64,000 bases of DNA from positions 270,233-334,232 of the forward strand of contig JAOAGL010000001.1 of assembly GCA_026415775.1 (NCBI GenBank). Direction: 5' to 3'. The position numbers and the translations under genes were made by a program. Positions 1 through 10,300 of the stretch are shown one piece after another. Each line of letters opens with the position of its first letter. Position 1 is the stretch's first letter. The DNA is from Patescibacteria group bacterium. Its GTDB lineage: Bacteria; Patescibacteriota; Minisyncoccia; UBA6257; JAAZHW01. The notes beneath the pieces are model-generated. The model had not been told where the DNA came from, did not search any database, and saw only the letters and a program-made list of their open reading frames with translations.

Positions 1-315
1 GAAGCAGGGCCTGCAATGGGATAAATTTCAATAATTTCATAAGTATTGGGGTTTTTTAAAATCAGCTTTAATGTTTTTAAATCAACCAGAATGTAGTAAT
101 CATAATAGGAACGAGCGGAAAGAGATTGATGAGCGCAAATAAAAGTAATGATCAGGAAAAGTATTAAAAACAGCCATTTTAAAATTTTTAAAAAACGCAT
201 TTTAACCTCCTTAAAGTTCTAGAATTATATTATTGATTTAATTATTTTTCGCAAGAGATAATTTTATTCTGCTTTTTATTGCGAATTTAATAAAATTTAT
301 TTAAAATTAGATTAT

Positions 316-1374
316 ATGAGAATTATTAGCGGTATACGACCAACAGGTGTTATTCATTTAGGCAATTATTTAGGAGCCATTCGTAATTGGTTGAATTTGC
401 AAAATAAAAAAACCAATCAGTGTCTGTTTTTTGTTGCCGATTACCATAGTTTTACGGATCCACCCGTTTCTCAAAAGGAAAAAACAGAAATGATTGAAAA
501 TATGATGATTGATTTTTTGGCCTTAGGGTTTAACCCCCAAAAATCTATTTTGTTTATTCAATCACAGGTAGAGGAGATTTTGGATATTGCCTGGTTAATT
601 AGTTGTTTAACGCCTATTGGTGAATTGGAGCGAATGACGCAATTTAAGGATAAAAGTCAAAAACAAGCTGGCAATGTTAATGCTGGTCTTTTTACTTATC
701 CTTGTTTAATGGCAGCTGATATTTTAACTTTCAAAGCTGAAGCTGTTCCTGTTGGCGAGGATCAATTGCAGCATTTGGAATTTACTCGCGAAAGCGCCCG
801 TCGATTTAATCGTTGTTTTGTTAAAACATTTCCTGAACCTAAAGCGCTTTTGACGGATGTGCCGCGTTTGATGAGTTTAAAGAATCCTTTGGAAAAAATG
901 TCAAAATCAGACCCAGATTCCTACATCTATGTTTTAGACGACCCCAAAATTATTAATCAACGAATTCGTTCGGCCACTTCTGCGACAAATGAATTTTTTG
1001 AAGGAATTCATTTATCCGCGAATGATTTTGTATTTGAGGTGAGGGCAAGTTACACTAATCATCCCGAAATTGAAAAGATGCAAGCCGCGATTAGAAATTT
1101 ATTATTAATGTATAAAGAATTTTGTCCAAAAGAATTTAAGAAGTTATTTAAAAATGAAAATGAAATCAATATTGAAAATTTGCGCTATGCGGAAATCAAA
1201 AACAATTTAGCTGAAGCCATTGTTGATTATTTTAGCTCGGCGCGCGCAAAAAAATCAGAATATCTTAAAAATAAAAAGAAGGTGATAAAAATTTTTGAAG
1301 AAGGGAGCAAGAAAGCGCGAGAAATAGCTCGGAAAACACTCAAAGAAGTCAAGCAGAAAATAGGTGTAATTTAA
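316..1374 (+). CDS. trpS: tryptophan--tRNA ligase
   Basis: Class I aaRS N-terminus 'GIRPTGVIHLGNYLGA' (HIGH-type motif) and a 'KMSKS' motif (..LEKMSKSDPDS..). 352 aa. Confidence 0.85.
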   Translation: MRIISGIRPTGVIHLGNYLGAIRNWLNLQNKKTNQCLFFVADYHSFTDPPVSQKEKTEMIENMMIDFLALGFNPQKSILFIQSQVEEILDIAWLISCLTPIGELERMTQFKDKSQKQAGNVNAGLFTYPCLMAADILTFKAEAVPVGEDQLQHLEFTRESARRFNRCFVKTFPEPKALLTDVPRLMSLKNPLEKMSKSDPDSYIYVLDDPKIINQRIRSATSATNEFFEGIHLSANDFVFEVRASYTNHPEIEKMQAAIRNLLLMYKEFCPKEFKKLFKNENEINIENLRYAEIKNNLAEAIVDYFSSARAKKSEYLKNKKKVIKIFEEGSKKAREIARKTLKEVKQKIGVI

Positions 1375-1457
1375 TTAATCTTGAAAAAAAACTTTGTTTC
1401 AGTAAGATAAAGCATAAGTTTAATAAGTAAAAAAGTCGTTTCGAAATCTAAATTATT

Positions 1458-1688
1458 ATGGGAGGCGTACCTACAAAACACACTACTCACGGCAAAGTTA
1501 GAAGAAGAAGATCTCATTTAAAACTTCAAGCTACTTCTTTAAAAGCATGCCCTAAATGCGGCGCTGCAATGATGCCGCATCGTTATTGTCCGAACTGCGG
1601 TTATTATAACAAAAAAGAAGTGGTTGATGTTTTAGCTAAGCTTTCGAAAAAAGAGAAAAGAAGTCGTGAAAAAGAGATAAAAAAATAA
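1458..1688 (+). CDS. rpmF: 50S ribosomal protein L32
   Basis: Short basic protein with a Cys4 ribbon (CPKCG...CPNCG) and the L32-like 'HRYCPNCGYY' segment. Confidence 0.8.
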   Translation: MGGVPTKHTTHGKVRRRRSHLKLQATSLKACPKCGAAMMPHRYCPNCGYYNKKEVVDVLAKLSKKEKRSREKEIKK

Positions 1689-1702
1689 TTTTTTAAATTA
1701 TT

Positions 1703-2191
1703 ATGGCCACGCGCCATTTCTGCCGCTCAATTCTTTTTCAGTCGCTTTACGAATGGGATTTTTATCGTACTAAAGAAAAAAAAGAAGTTGATTTAATGAA
1801 AATAATTGAGCGGAATATGCAGGATGCTTTGCCATTAATTGATGAGCCAGATTTTGTTTATCGTTTAGCCAAAAATTTAATAGATCACTTTGATGAGATT
1901 GATGATATGATTAGAAAGACAGCGCCAGCGTGGCCATTGGAACAGATTAATTTGACTGATAGAAATATCTTACGATTAGGAATTTCTGAATTAGTCTTTG
2001 GGCCAAAAGATGAAGTGCCGCCGAAGGTGGCTATTAATGAAGCAATTGAATTGGCTAAAACTTTTGGCAGTGAATCATCCAGCAAATTTATTAACGGAGT
2101 ATTGGGCACTATTTATCGTCAGATGATAGATGAAGGATTAATTAAAGAGCAAAAAACTGACAAACAGGTATCCCAAGAAGAACAAAAATAA
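1703..2191 (+). CDS. nusB: transcription antitermination factor NusB-like
   Basis: N-terminal '[13 protein letters not shown]' resembles the NusB signature (R..A.Q.LY). 162 aa all-helical protein, placed next to rnc. Confidence 0.6.
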   Translation: MATRHFCRSILFQSLYEWDFYRTKEKKEVDLMKIIERNMQDALPLIDEPDFVYRLAKNLIDHFDEIDDMIRKTAPAWPLEQINLTDRNILRLGISELVFGPKDEVPPKVAINEAIELAKTFGSESSSKFINGVLGTIYRQMIDEGLIKEQKTDKQVSQEEQK

Positions 2192-2210
2192 AAAATAAAT
2201 TAAATTCAAA

Positions 2211-2939
2211 ATGGCTAAGGATAAATTTGAACAATTAGCAAAAACACTAAAGTTTAATTTCAAAAAAATTGATTTATTAAAACAGGCCTTCACCCATCGT
2301 TCTTATTTGAATGAAAATCATGAATGGCGTTTGGGTCATAATGAACGTTTGGAATTTTTGGGCGATGCGGTTTTGGAATTAGTAGTGAGTGAATATTTAT
2401 TTAAAAAATATCCAAATGAAAATGAAGGTTTTTTAACAAGTTTGAGAGCAAGTTTGGTTAATGCGGAAACTTTGGCGAGCGTGGCTGACAAATTAAATTT
2501 CGGACATTATGTTTTAGTTTCGCGAGGAGAGGCAAAAGATAATGGCGTTGGCCGTCGTTATATTTTAGCCAATACATTTGAAGCCTTAATTGGTGCTATT
2601 TATTTGGACGGCGGATATAAAAAATGTCAGCAATTTATAGAGAAGTTTTTGATTAAAGATAATTTGGAGAGAATTATTAAAGAAGGAAGTTATAAAGACC
2701 CAAAAAGTTTGCTACAAGAGAAGGCGCAGGCAGAGTTAGGAGTTACGCCTGCCTACAAAACTTTAGATGAGTGGGGTCCTGATCATGCCAAACATTTTCG
2801 TGTCGGTGTATTTTTTTATGATAAATTAGTTGATGAAGGAGAAGGACCTTCAAAACGCATAGCCGAACAAGAGGCTGCAAAAAAAGCTTTAAGTCGACAA
2901 GCATGGCAAGAATTTCAAGACAAAAAGAGGGGAAAGTAA
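2211..2939 (+). CDS. rnc: ribonuclease III
   Basis: RNase III catalytic signature 'ERLEFLGDAVLELVVSEYLF'. C-terminal dsRBD-like segment (..KDPKSLLQE..AKK..). Confidence 0.9.
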   Translation: MAKDKFEQLAKTLKFNFKKIDLLKQAFTHRSYLNENHEWRLGHNERLEFLGDAVLELVVSEYLFKKYPNENEGFLTSLRASLVNAETLASVADKLNFGHYVLVSRGEAKDNGVGRRYILANTFEALIGAIYLDGGYKKCQQFIEKFLIKDNLERIIKEGSYKDPKSLLQEKAQAELGVTPAYKTLDEWGPDHAKHFRVGVFFYDKLVDEGEGPSKRIAEQEAAKKALSRQAWQEFQDKKRGK

Positions 2940-2943
2940 GAAT

Positions 2944-5202
2944 ATGAAGCTTAAATCTTTGGAAATTTTAGGTTTTAAATCCTTCGCAAATAAAACAACC
3001 TTTTCTTTTCCCGCTAACTTTACAGCAATTGTTGGTCCAAATGGCAGCGGCAAATCCAACATTGTTGACGCTATTCGCTGGGTTTTGGGCGAAAGAGATT
3101 TAAAAAAAGTTAGAGTTGCGCATTCCGAAGAGGTAATTTTTAATGGCACGCCAAGCAAAGCCAAAATGTCATTGGCTCAAGTTTCTATTGTTTTGGATAA
3201 CAGCAATAATGAATTGCCTTTAGATTTTAAAGAAGTAGTTGTAACGCGTCGTTTGGAACGCGGTGGTGAGAACCAATATTTTATTAATGATTCACCAGTG
3301 CGGTTAAAAGATGTGGTAGAACTTTTAGCAAAAGCAAAGATAGGAAGCGAGGGTCTAACTATTATTAATCAAGGATTAACCGATGCTTTATTGCGCGCCT
3401 CACCGAAAGAGCGGAGAATTATGATTGAAGAAAATTTGGGATTGCGCGAACTTCAGTTAAAAAAGGAAGATGCAAAAAGGAAATTAGAAAATAGTCAGAT
3501 TAATTTGGATAAAACACAAGCATTATTAGAAGAACTTAAGCCTCACCTAAGATCTTTAAGGCGTCAGATTAATCGTTGGCAAAAAAGAGAAGAAATTTTA
3601 AAAATTTTATCTTTGTTGGAAAATGCTTATTATTCGGCTAGTTTCAAGGAGATATACTCATTAAAAAATTTATTGCAAGAAGAAAGAAAAAAAATAGAAG
3701 ATGAAAAAATAAGCGAAGAAACAAAACTGCGAGAATTAGAAAAAAATTTTGAAGAATTGGAGAAAAAGCGACCGGATTTTTCCCAACAATTTCAAAATCT
3801 AAGAAAACAAATTGATGAATTAGAACAGCAAAAAGGAATGTTATTAAAAAACCTTGGTCATTTAGAGGGTCAAATTGAAGGATTAAAACGATTTACTCCA
3901 GAAGTTAAAAACCAACCCAGCTTAAATCAATTAATTGATACTATTAAAAATATTAGAGAGGAATTAATAAATGTCCTAAATTTAGATGTGGAAAAAACAA
4001 AAATAATTATAAAAAAGATTATTGAACGCATCGATGAGATTTTCAAAGAGCCTCAATTAAATTCTAATAATGAAGAAATTCAAAAATTAGAAAATGAGAA
4101 AAATAAAATTAATCAGCAAATAGAAAATTTTAATCAAAAAATTTTAGAATATAATCAACAACTTGATGAGCTGCGTAAAAAAGATGAAGAGGTTGGTAAA
4201 GACTCCCACGGCGTTTTATTAGAAATTCAAAAACAGCGTTCATTAGTTCATCAATTGGAGCAGAAAATCAATGAAATATTTTTGAAAGAAGAGAAAAACA
4301 AACTAAAAGAAGCGGATTTGCTGATGAAACTTAAGGAAGCGGGGTTGAATAGCGAAGATTTTCAATGGGAGAAAATAAAAGATTTTGATGTTGAAAGAAT
4401 TTTCAAAGATAACAATATCTCTAATCTTGAAGATTTGGAAATGCGGATTATAAGAATGAGACGGGATTTAGCAACAATAGGCGAGATTGATGAGTTAACT
4501 TTGAAGGAAGCAAAAGAAACAGAAGAGCGTTATCAATTTTTATCGCAGCAATCTGAAGATTTAATCAAAGCCATTGCTGATTTAAAAACTATTATTGAGG
4601 AATTAACCGAGCGCATTGATAAACAATTTTCTGAATCACTAAAAATTATTAACGAGGAATTCAATAAGTATTTTCGTATGATGTTTGGTGGCGGCAGAGC
4701 AAAATTGGCCGTTACCAAAATTATTAAGAGACAGAGAAAAGAAAAAAACGACAATAATAATGGTGCAAATGAAGAACAACAGAAGGAAATTGCGGGAGAA
4801 GCCGTGGCCGTGACGGATGGCGAGAATAAAGAAGTTGAAGAAAAAGAGCCTGAATTTGAAATTGGTTTAGAAATTTTTGTTGATTTGCCAAAAAAGAAAA
4901 TAAAAAGTTTGGAAATGTTGTCTGGCGGAGAACGCAGTTTAGTTTCAATTAGTGTTTTGTTTGCTATCGTTTCGGCGATGCAGCCGCCATTTGTTGTTTT
5001 GGATGAGGTTGATGCGGCTTTGGACGAAATGAATGCGAGGCGCTTTGCTAAAATTTTAGGAGATTTAGTTGATACAACGCAATTTATTGTTGTTACTCAT
5101 AATCGCGCCACAATGGAAATGGCACAAATCCTTTATGGTATTTCAATGGCTGAAGAAGGAATTTCCAAGGCTGTTTCTCTTAAATTGGAAGAAGCGGAAT
5201 AA
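2944..5202 (+). CDS. smc: SMC-family chromosome segregation ATPase (short form, 752 aa)
   Basis: Walker A 'VGPNGSGKSN' at the N-terminus, a long coiled-coil/low-complexity middle, C-terminal ABC signature 'LSGGERSLVSISVLFAI' and Walker B 'FVVLDEVDAALD'. Confidence 0.75.
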   Translation: MKLKSLEILGFKSFANKTTFSFPANFTAIVGPNGSGKSNIVDAIRWVLGERDLKKVRVAHSEEVIFNGTPSKAKMSLAQVSIVLDNSNNELPLDFKEVVVTRRLERGGENQYFINDSPVRLKDVVELLAKAKIGSEGLTIINQGLTDALLRASPKERRIMIEENLGLRELQLKKEDAKRKLENSQINLDKTQALLEELKPHLRSLRRQINRWQKREEILKILSLLENAYYSASFKEIYSLKNLLQEERKKIEDEKISEETKLRELEKNFEELEKKRPDFSQQFQNLRKQIDELEQQKGMLLKNLGHLEGQIEGLKRFTPEVKNQPSLNQLIDTIKNIREELINVLNLDVEKTKIIIKKIIERIDEIFKEPQLNSNNEEIQKLENEKNKINQQIENFNQKILEYNQQLDELRKKDEEVGKDSHGVLLEIQKQRSLVHQLEQKINEIFLKEEKNKLKEADLLMKLKEAGLNSEDFQWEKIKDFDVERIFKDNNISNLEDLEMRIIRMRRDLATIGEIDELTLKEAKETEERYQFLSQQSEDLIKAIADLKTIIEELTERIDKQFSESLKIINEEFNKYFRMMFGGGRAKLAVTKIIKRQRKEKNDNNNGANEEQQKEIAGEAVAVTDGENKEVEEKEPEFEIGLEIFVDLPKKKIKSLEMLSGGERSLVSISVLFAIVSAMQPPFVVLDEVDAALDEMNARRFAKILGDLVDTTQFIVVTHNRATMEMAQILYGISMAEEGISKAVSLKLEEAE

Positions 5203-5256
5203 CCATTTTTATTTTTTTATTTATCAACTTTTACCAATACCAATTTAAAAAGATTA

Positions 5257-5296
5257 TTACTTAACAATCTTGACGATCGTCAAGATTGTTAAGTAA
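5257..5296. promoter_or_regulatory. 40-bp perfect palindrome TTACTTAACAATCTTGACGATCGTCAAGATTGTTAAGTAA, a candidate operator or hairpin
   Basis: Exact reverse-complement symmetry read directly from the sequence. Lies 110 bp upstream of the 5406 ORF. A second near-identical copy is at 6018-6051. Confidence 0.5.
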
Positions 5297-5405
5297 AATA
5301 TAAATTATAAATTAATAGTACAAATAAGCGTTTTAATAAATTAGAGCAATTTAAAATTAGAAAATAAAACGAGCGAAATAAAAATGAAATACAAAACAAA
5401 AGACA

Positions 5406-5987
5406 ATGCCAAGAGAAACAATTACTTTTAAAATTTTTGAAATTTTATCAGACGGAGCTAAAACGATGGATAATTTAATGTTTATCTTTTTTAACGGTTA
5501 TCGCCGTTCTTATAAACAAGCTCTAAAACAACGATGGCAGAAATATATAGAGTCAAAAAAGAAAGAGGATTTAAAAAAGATAAAGAACAATTTTTACGTA
5601 TTATTAAATAGATTAGAAAAACAAGGTTTTATTATAAAAAAGAAAGATAAAACGCAGAAAAAGAATTTATGGTTGCTTACCCCTGCTGGTAGAAAAAAGG
5701 CAAAAATGTTAATTGCTCAAACCAATTTTTTATTTGATTATCCTCATGAAAATGATGGAAAATTAAGGATTATTATTTTTGATATTCCAGAAAAAGAACG
5801 GTTTAAGCGCAATTGGTTAAGAGCAATACTTACTTATTTAGATTTTAAAATGCTTCAAAAAAGCGTGTGGATTGGTACTAATAAGATTCCTGAACGTTTT
5901 ATTTATGATTTGAAAAAATTTAACGTTTTGCCTTATGTTCATATTTTTGAAGTGAGCCAGAGCGGTACAATTGAAACAAAAAAATAA
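5406..5987 (+). CDS. putative transcriptional regulator with an N-terminal winged-helix-like region and a C-terminal Cas2/PaaX_C-like domain
   Basis: C-terminal 'LRIIIFDIPEKERFKRNWLRAILTYLDFKMLQKSVWI' fits the Cas2/VapD-like pattern (hhhhFD..R..L...L..F..LQ.SVW). The N-terminal segment (..FYVLLNRLEKQGFIIKKK..LWLLTPAGRKKAK) looks like a wHTH wing. Assignment is from motif recall only. Confidence 0.35.
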   Translation: MPRETITFKIFEILSDGAKTMDNLMFIFFNGYRRSYKQALKQRWQKYIESKKKEDLKKIKNNFYVLLNRLEKQGFIIKKKDKTQKKNLWLLTPAGRKKAKMLIAQTNFLFDYPHENDGKLRIIIFDIPEKERFKRNWLRAILTYLDFKMLQKSVWIGTNKIPERFIYDLKKFNVLPYVHIFEVSQSGTIETKK

Positions 5988-6017
5988 ATAAAATATTAAA
6001 TTTACTTTTTGATTTTG

Positions 6018-6051
6018 CTTAACTTTCTTGACGATCGTCAGAAAAGTTAAG
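6018..6051. promoter_or_regulatory. second copy (imperfect) of the palindrome, CTTAACTTTCTTGACGATCGTCAGAAAAGTTAAG
   Basis: Shares the core CTTGACGATCGTCA and the CTTAAC/GTTAAG arms with the 5257-5296 palindrome. Lies between the 5406 ORF and the rpsP promoter. Confidence 0.45.
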
Positions 6052-6136
6052 TGAGGTGAGATAGGGGAGAAATTAATATAATAAAATATAATAAAGGAGG
6101 AGTAAAAAAGGTAAATAAAAAAACAATAAATAATGT

Positions 6137-6164
6137 TTTGACTTTTGAGATTATTTGTTTATAA
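6137..6164 (+). promoter_or_regulatory. sigma70-type promoter TTGACT-N16-TATAAT upstream of rpsP
   Basis: Consensus -35 and -10 hexamers with a 16-nt spacer, about 50 nt upstream of the rpsP start. Confidence 0.5.
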
Positions 6165-6213
6165 TTAATTTTATTGAATTAACGATTGCGTCGCTTAATC
6201 TATTAGCCTTTTT

Positions 6214-6561
6214 ATGTTAGTTATAAGATTAAAACCGGTTGGAAAAAAACATCAAATTTCTTTCCGTATTGTTGTAGCTGAAAGACGTTCTAAATTAAAT
6301 GGGCGTTATAAAGAAGACCTCGGTTTTTATAATCCTTCAACTGATAAATTTTCAGTAAATAAAGAGCGCGCTAAGTATTGGTTATCAATTGGCGCTCAGC
6401 CATCAGAAACTGTTTATAATATTTTTGTAGCAGCGGGAGTTATCGAAGGACCCAAGAAGACAATTAAAATAAAAGAAGCAAAGAAAGAAGAGGGAGGTGC
6501 TGCAGTTGAAAACAAAACCAATAATGAAAATAATTCAACCAACGAAAGTAGTGCTCAATAA
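6214..6561 (+). CDS. rpsP: 30S ribosomal protein S16 with a low-complexity C-terminal extension
   Basis: N-terminus 'MLVIRLKPVGKKHQISFRIVVAERRSKLNGRYKEDLGFYNP' is typical of S16. About 30 aa of N/E/K-rich tail follow. Confidence 0.85.
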   Translation: MLVIRLKPVGKKHQISFRIVVAERRSKLNGRYKEDLGFYNPSTDKFSVNKERAKYWLSIGAQPSETVYNIFVAAGVIEGPKKTIKIKEAKKEEGGAAVENKTNNENNSTNESSAQ

Positions 6562-6589
6562 TTCAAATTGTCGTTAAAAATTTATTCTA

Positions 6590-7120
6590 ATGGAAAACAA
6601 AAAAATTTTATTCGTTGTTGCCTTCAAAGATTTTCGTGATGAGGAATTTTTTGAGCCGAAAGAAATTTTAGAGAAGGCGGGTTTTCAAATTGAAGTAGCG
6701 AGTACTGATAGAGGTGTGGCGCAGGGTGTTAATGGTGGTGAAGCAAAAGTGGATTTTTTAGACAACGAAGTTAATGTTGATGATTATGAAGCGGTGGTTT
6801 TTGTTGGCGGAGCGGGTGCGACGCGCAATATTGAGAATTCACGTTTTCATAAAATTGCGCGGGAGGCTTTTGAAAAAAATAAAATTGTGGCGGCAATTTG
6901 TATTGCGCCTTTAATTTTAGCGCGCGCTGGGATTTTGGAAAATAAAAAAGTAACCGTTTGGACGAGTGCTTTAGATAGAAGGCCGATTCAGGCGTTAAAA
7001 GATGGGGGAGCGAGTTATGAAAATAAATCAGTTGTAGTTGATGGGAATGTTATTACGGCAAATGGTCCGCAATCGGCTAAAGAATTCGGCAAGGCTATTT
7101 TGAAACAGTTAAAGAAATAA
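6590..7120 (+). CDS. DJ-1/PfpI family protein
   Basis: Class I glutamine-amidotransferase-like fold signature: 'KILFVVAFKDFRDEEFFEPKEIL', nucleophile elbow 'AAICIAPLILARAG'. Confidence 0.7.
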   Translation: MENKKILFVVAFKDFRDEEFFEPKEILEKAGFQIEVASTDRGVAQGVNGGEAKVDFLDNEVNVDDYEAVVFVGGAGATRNIENSRFHKIAREAFEKNKIVAAICIAPLILARAGILENKKVTVWTSALDRRPIQALKDGGASYENKSVVVDGNVITANGPQSAKEFGKAILKQLKK

Positions 7121-7142
7121 AAAAAGAAAAAGAAATTTTGAG

Positions 7143-7177
7143 GGCGGCGGCTGCTTTTTAGCAGCCGCCGCCTTTTT
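7143..7177 (+). terminator. rho-independent terminator (GGCGGCGGCTGC / loop TTTTTA / GCAGCCGCCGCC + TTTTT)
   Basis: Perfect 12-bp GC-rich stem followed by a T5 run immediately after the DJ-1 gene. GC island in AT-rich surroundings. Confidence 0.7.
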
Positions 7178-7262
7178 ACCCTTACAACCCAAAATAAATA
7201 CTTTAATTTCTAACTCATTTTCAGTTTATTTATCCACAACCCCTCCATTCTTGACAATTTTT

Positions 7263-7271
7263 GTGTTATAA
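7263..7271 (+). promoter_or_regulatory. extended -10 element TGTTATAAT upstream of the giant pilin-like gene
   Basis: TGnTATAAT. The same 9-mer recurs upstream of ruvB (18780-18788) and the dedA-like gene (56985-56993). The nearby TTGACA (7251-7256) is too close (10-nt spacer) to serve as a -35. Confidence 0.35.
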
Positions 7272-7324
7272 TATTTTTGAATGGGATTAAAACGCTTATT
7301 TTAAGCAATTATTTTAAAAATTTT

Positions 7325-10300
7325 ATGTCATTTTTTGATAAAAAAATTAGTTCCAAAGCATTCACCTTAATTGAAATTTTAATCTACACAGCAATTTTTG
7401 GCGTTGTGGCTGCTGGTATTATCGGTGTTGCGTGGAACATCACGCGTCTTCACACAACCCAAATTGCTTCTAATGAAATTGATGAAAATTTGCGTTATGT
7501 AATGAATTTAGTAAATTCTAAAGTTCGTGAGGCTTCACTGATTGTACAGGCAAGTGGAACGACTTTAATTTTGCGGATGCCCGATTCACTAAAAAGTCCT
7601 ACAACATTTTCTTTAAACAATGGCACTTTATACATTCAAGAAGGAAGCGCTGATCCTGTAGCAATTACTTCCAATCGTGTTGAGGTTACTTCTTTGAATT
7701 TTGAATATATAAGCGTTGCTGGTAGTAAGGGTGGCGTGCGAGTTAATATTGCGATGGCATACAAAGAGCAGCCAGGTATTGCTTCGCGTGAATACATCAC
7801 AACAGTTACTAAGGTTAATGCCATCGTTTTTGATTCAGACATTATACCAGATGTAACTAATTCAAGAAGTGTTGGTATTAATACGGCGCAATGGAAGGAT
7901 GGTTATTTTTCTAGAAATGTAATAGTTGGCGGCGATGTTTCATCAACCGGTTTTATTATCGGTGGAGCTGGTCTTTGTATGGGAACTGATTGTCGTACTT
8001 CTTGGGGTCAGGTTACAGGCGTTACTGGTTCCGGCACACAAAATTATATTGCTAAATGGACCTCTTCTGGCTCTATTGGTAATTCGCAAATTTTTGATAA
8101 TGGGACTAATGTGGGTATTGGGACGACAAGTCCCAATGTAAAATTACATATTTCGAATACTACGGCAGGAATAAACGAACTATTGCGTTTAGCTTATAAC
8201 AATTCAGTGGGTTCAGGAGCGAGATTATCATGGTGGGCAGGAGATACCGTGTCAGAAACGGGGCGGATAGAAAACTTTGTAGATGCAGGAAATCAAGTGA
8301 GTTTAAGATTTTATACTTATAATTCTGGACTCGGTGAAAGAATGCGCATTACAGCTGCTGGTAATGTTGGTATCGGCACAGCATCTCCTCCTTCTCTTCT
8401 TTCCGTCGGCGCATCATCGCAATTTCAAGTTAATTCTTCTGGTGATATAGTTAAAATCAAAAACCTTACTTATTCCTGGCCATCCTCTCATGCTGTCGGA
8501 TTTCTTAAAAACGACGGCTCGGGTAATTTAACTTGGGATACTTCTGGCGCAGTTGGCGGCACAGGTTCAGCTGGCCAAGTGGCTTTTTGGTCCTCAACAA
8601 CAACGATAACAGGCGATAGCGGTTTTTATTGGGATAATACTAACAAAAGATTAGGTTTAGGCACAACTGCACCTGGTCAACGTTTATCTGTTGTTGGCGA
8701 TATTGGTTTATCTGGTGGCGATCGTTTTATTGGCACAACCGACGCCTATGGTTTAAGCATCAGAACAAACAATACCAATAGAATTTTCATTTCCGCTGAT
8801 GGTAATGTCGGTATTGGTACTACTTCGCCAAGCAGAACATTAGATGTTCATGGTATTGCGCAATTACGCGGCGCTGCCGGCGGCACTGGTTTATTTGTTG
8901 ATTCTGGTGGTAATGTGGGTATTGGGACGACAAGTCCAGCATTTAAACTTGATGTTAGTGGATCAGCTCGAGTTACCAATGTATTTAAAGAAGGCAATTG
9001 GCGTCACGTACTTTCTTCTTATGTTACTGCTACCCCTACTAATGGTGTTTTGTTAACTACCGCCATTCCTTATGATGGTGTTACAAATAGAGGAATGCAT
9101 GGTATTCGGGTGATGGGATATGCCTTTGGAGAGTCTAGACCTATAGATTTTGAAGTGGTATTTTATCTTTATACTTCTGGTTTTAATAGCTACGGCTGGA
9201 CAAATTATGGAGCTCATGACCCAGGAACAATTAAACTTTCTTATGAAGGTAATGTTGTTAAATTATGGTGGTCTTCTAAAGTTTATTATGCTAGTTATGA
9301 AATATTTACAAAAAGTCATGGAGCACTTGGCCAAAACGATTCATGGTTTGAGGGGTGGACCATCACTGATGCAGTAGCTCCTACTTCAAATGTTGTAGAT
9401 GTTCCATATCGAAATGCAATGCCTTATGGACTTGCAATGCGCGGCAATATTAATTTAAATGGAAATTGGCTTTCTGGAGACGGAGATAATGAGGGTGTTT
9501 ATATAAATGCTTCAGGTAATGTTGGTATTGGAGCAACAAGTCCATCATATCGATTAGATGTAGCTGGTGATATTAATACATCAGGTTATTTTAGAGGTAA
9601 TGGTTCCCAAATAACTAATTTAAATGCTTCTAATTTAACAAGTGGTATTGTGCCTGCAGCACGACTTTCATCTACGCAAGCTTATTATACTTTAGATCCG
9701 ATTTTTCCAAAAACAAATCAGCAACATACAACTTTAGGAGGAGCGACAATTGGTGAAATTGCTTTGTCGTCTGCTTATGTTCAAAATAAATTGCAATTTG
9801 TTTTACCTTATAGTATTGAATATACAACCAATGGAACAACCTGGAATACTTATCCTGATCCAGTTGATAGTGATACAGTTAAAAAAATGTTTTTGGGTTA
9901 TAACGCCGGGGGTAAAATTTATCTCCGTGGTCCCAATAATGGAAATTGGCTTGGTTTGCGCATAACATGGCAGGCACCTTCGTATTATTTCTTGAATTAT
10001 TTCTATACTTACATGAGTACTTCAGGACATCAATGTGCAATTACAATAGAAAAGACATATGGAGATGATTTGAATACATGGATTACTGTTGCTACAACGA
10101 CTAATTTTTCTAGTTGGCCTGGGCATACTCTTGTTCCTCATTCGAATATTGCGTGGAATCCGACACCTACTCCAGGTACTCATTCTAAATATGTACGAGT
10201 GACTTTTACTCCCACATGGAATGGATCTTATCCTAATAATAATATTGATATTTATGCAATAGATTGGTTTGGAGAATATCCAGCTAATATCAAACCCATG

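Noticed and set aside
1-200. Minus-strand fragments at the window start: 33-codon ORF MRFLKIFKMAVFNTF.. (about 200 down to 99) and an ORF beginning MKLLKFIPLQALL at 40 running off the edge.
   Set aside because: Too short or truncated to call. Possibly a frameshifted or edge-truncated gene, but there is no motif support.
1885-2109. Minus-strand 60-146-aa ORFs nested inside strong + strand genes. Examples: 1885-2109, 2889-3164, 4533-4948, 7636-7842, 10022-10303, 10876-11064, 14392-14766, 19668-20045, 30817-31179, 31649-31990, 32677-32994, 45384-45824, 58615-58872.
   Set aside because: Each lies antisense to a gene with clear functional motifs. They are low-complexity, lack independent start contexts and have the composition expected of random open frames in AT-rich DNA.
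2944-5202. SMC gene as a truncated or pseudogenised copy, because it is only 752 aa.
   Set aside because: Head motifs (Walker A, signature, Walker B) are all intact and the reading frame is continuous. A compact SMC/RecN-like form is more likely than a pseudogene.
5257-6051. The palindrome pair as terminal inverted repeats of a small IS/MITE carrying the 5406 gene.
   Set aside because: No transposase (DDE/HUH) is present, and no target-site duplication is visible at either outer edge. Because both sites are self-palindromes, this arrangement is more consistent with operators or hairpins than with element ends. It is not fully excluded.
7926-9965. Small same-strand ORFs inside the giant gene (7926-8141, 8844-9056, 9150-9377, 9750-9965) and 57005-57196 inside the dedA-like gene.
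   Set aside because: They are out-of-frame overlaps of a continuous 6-kb reading frame (or of the dedA-like gene). Their hydrophobic or low-complexity translations are artefacts.
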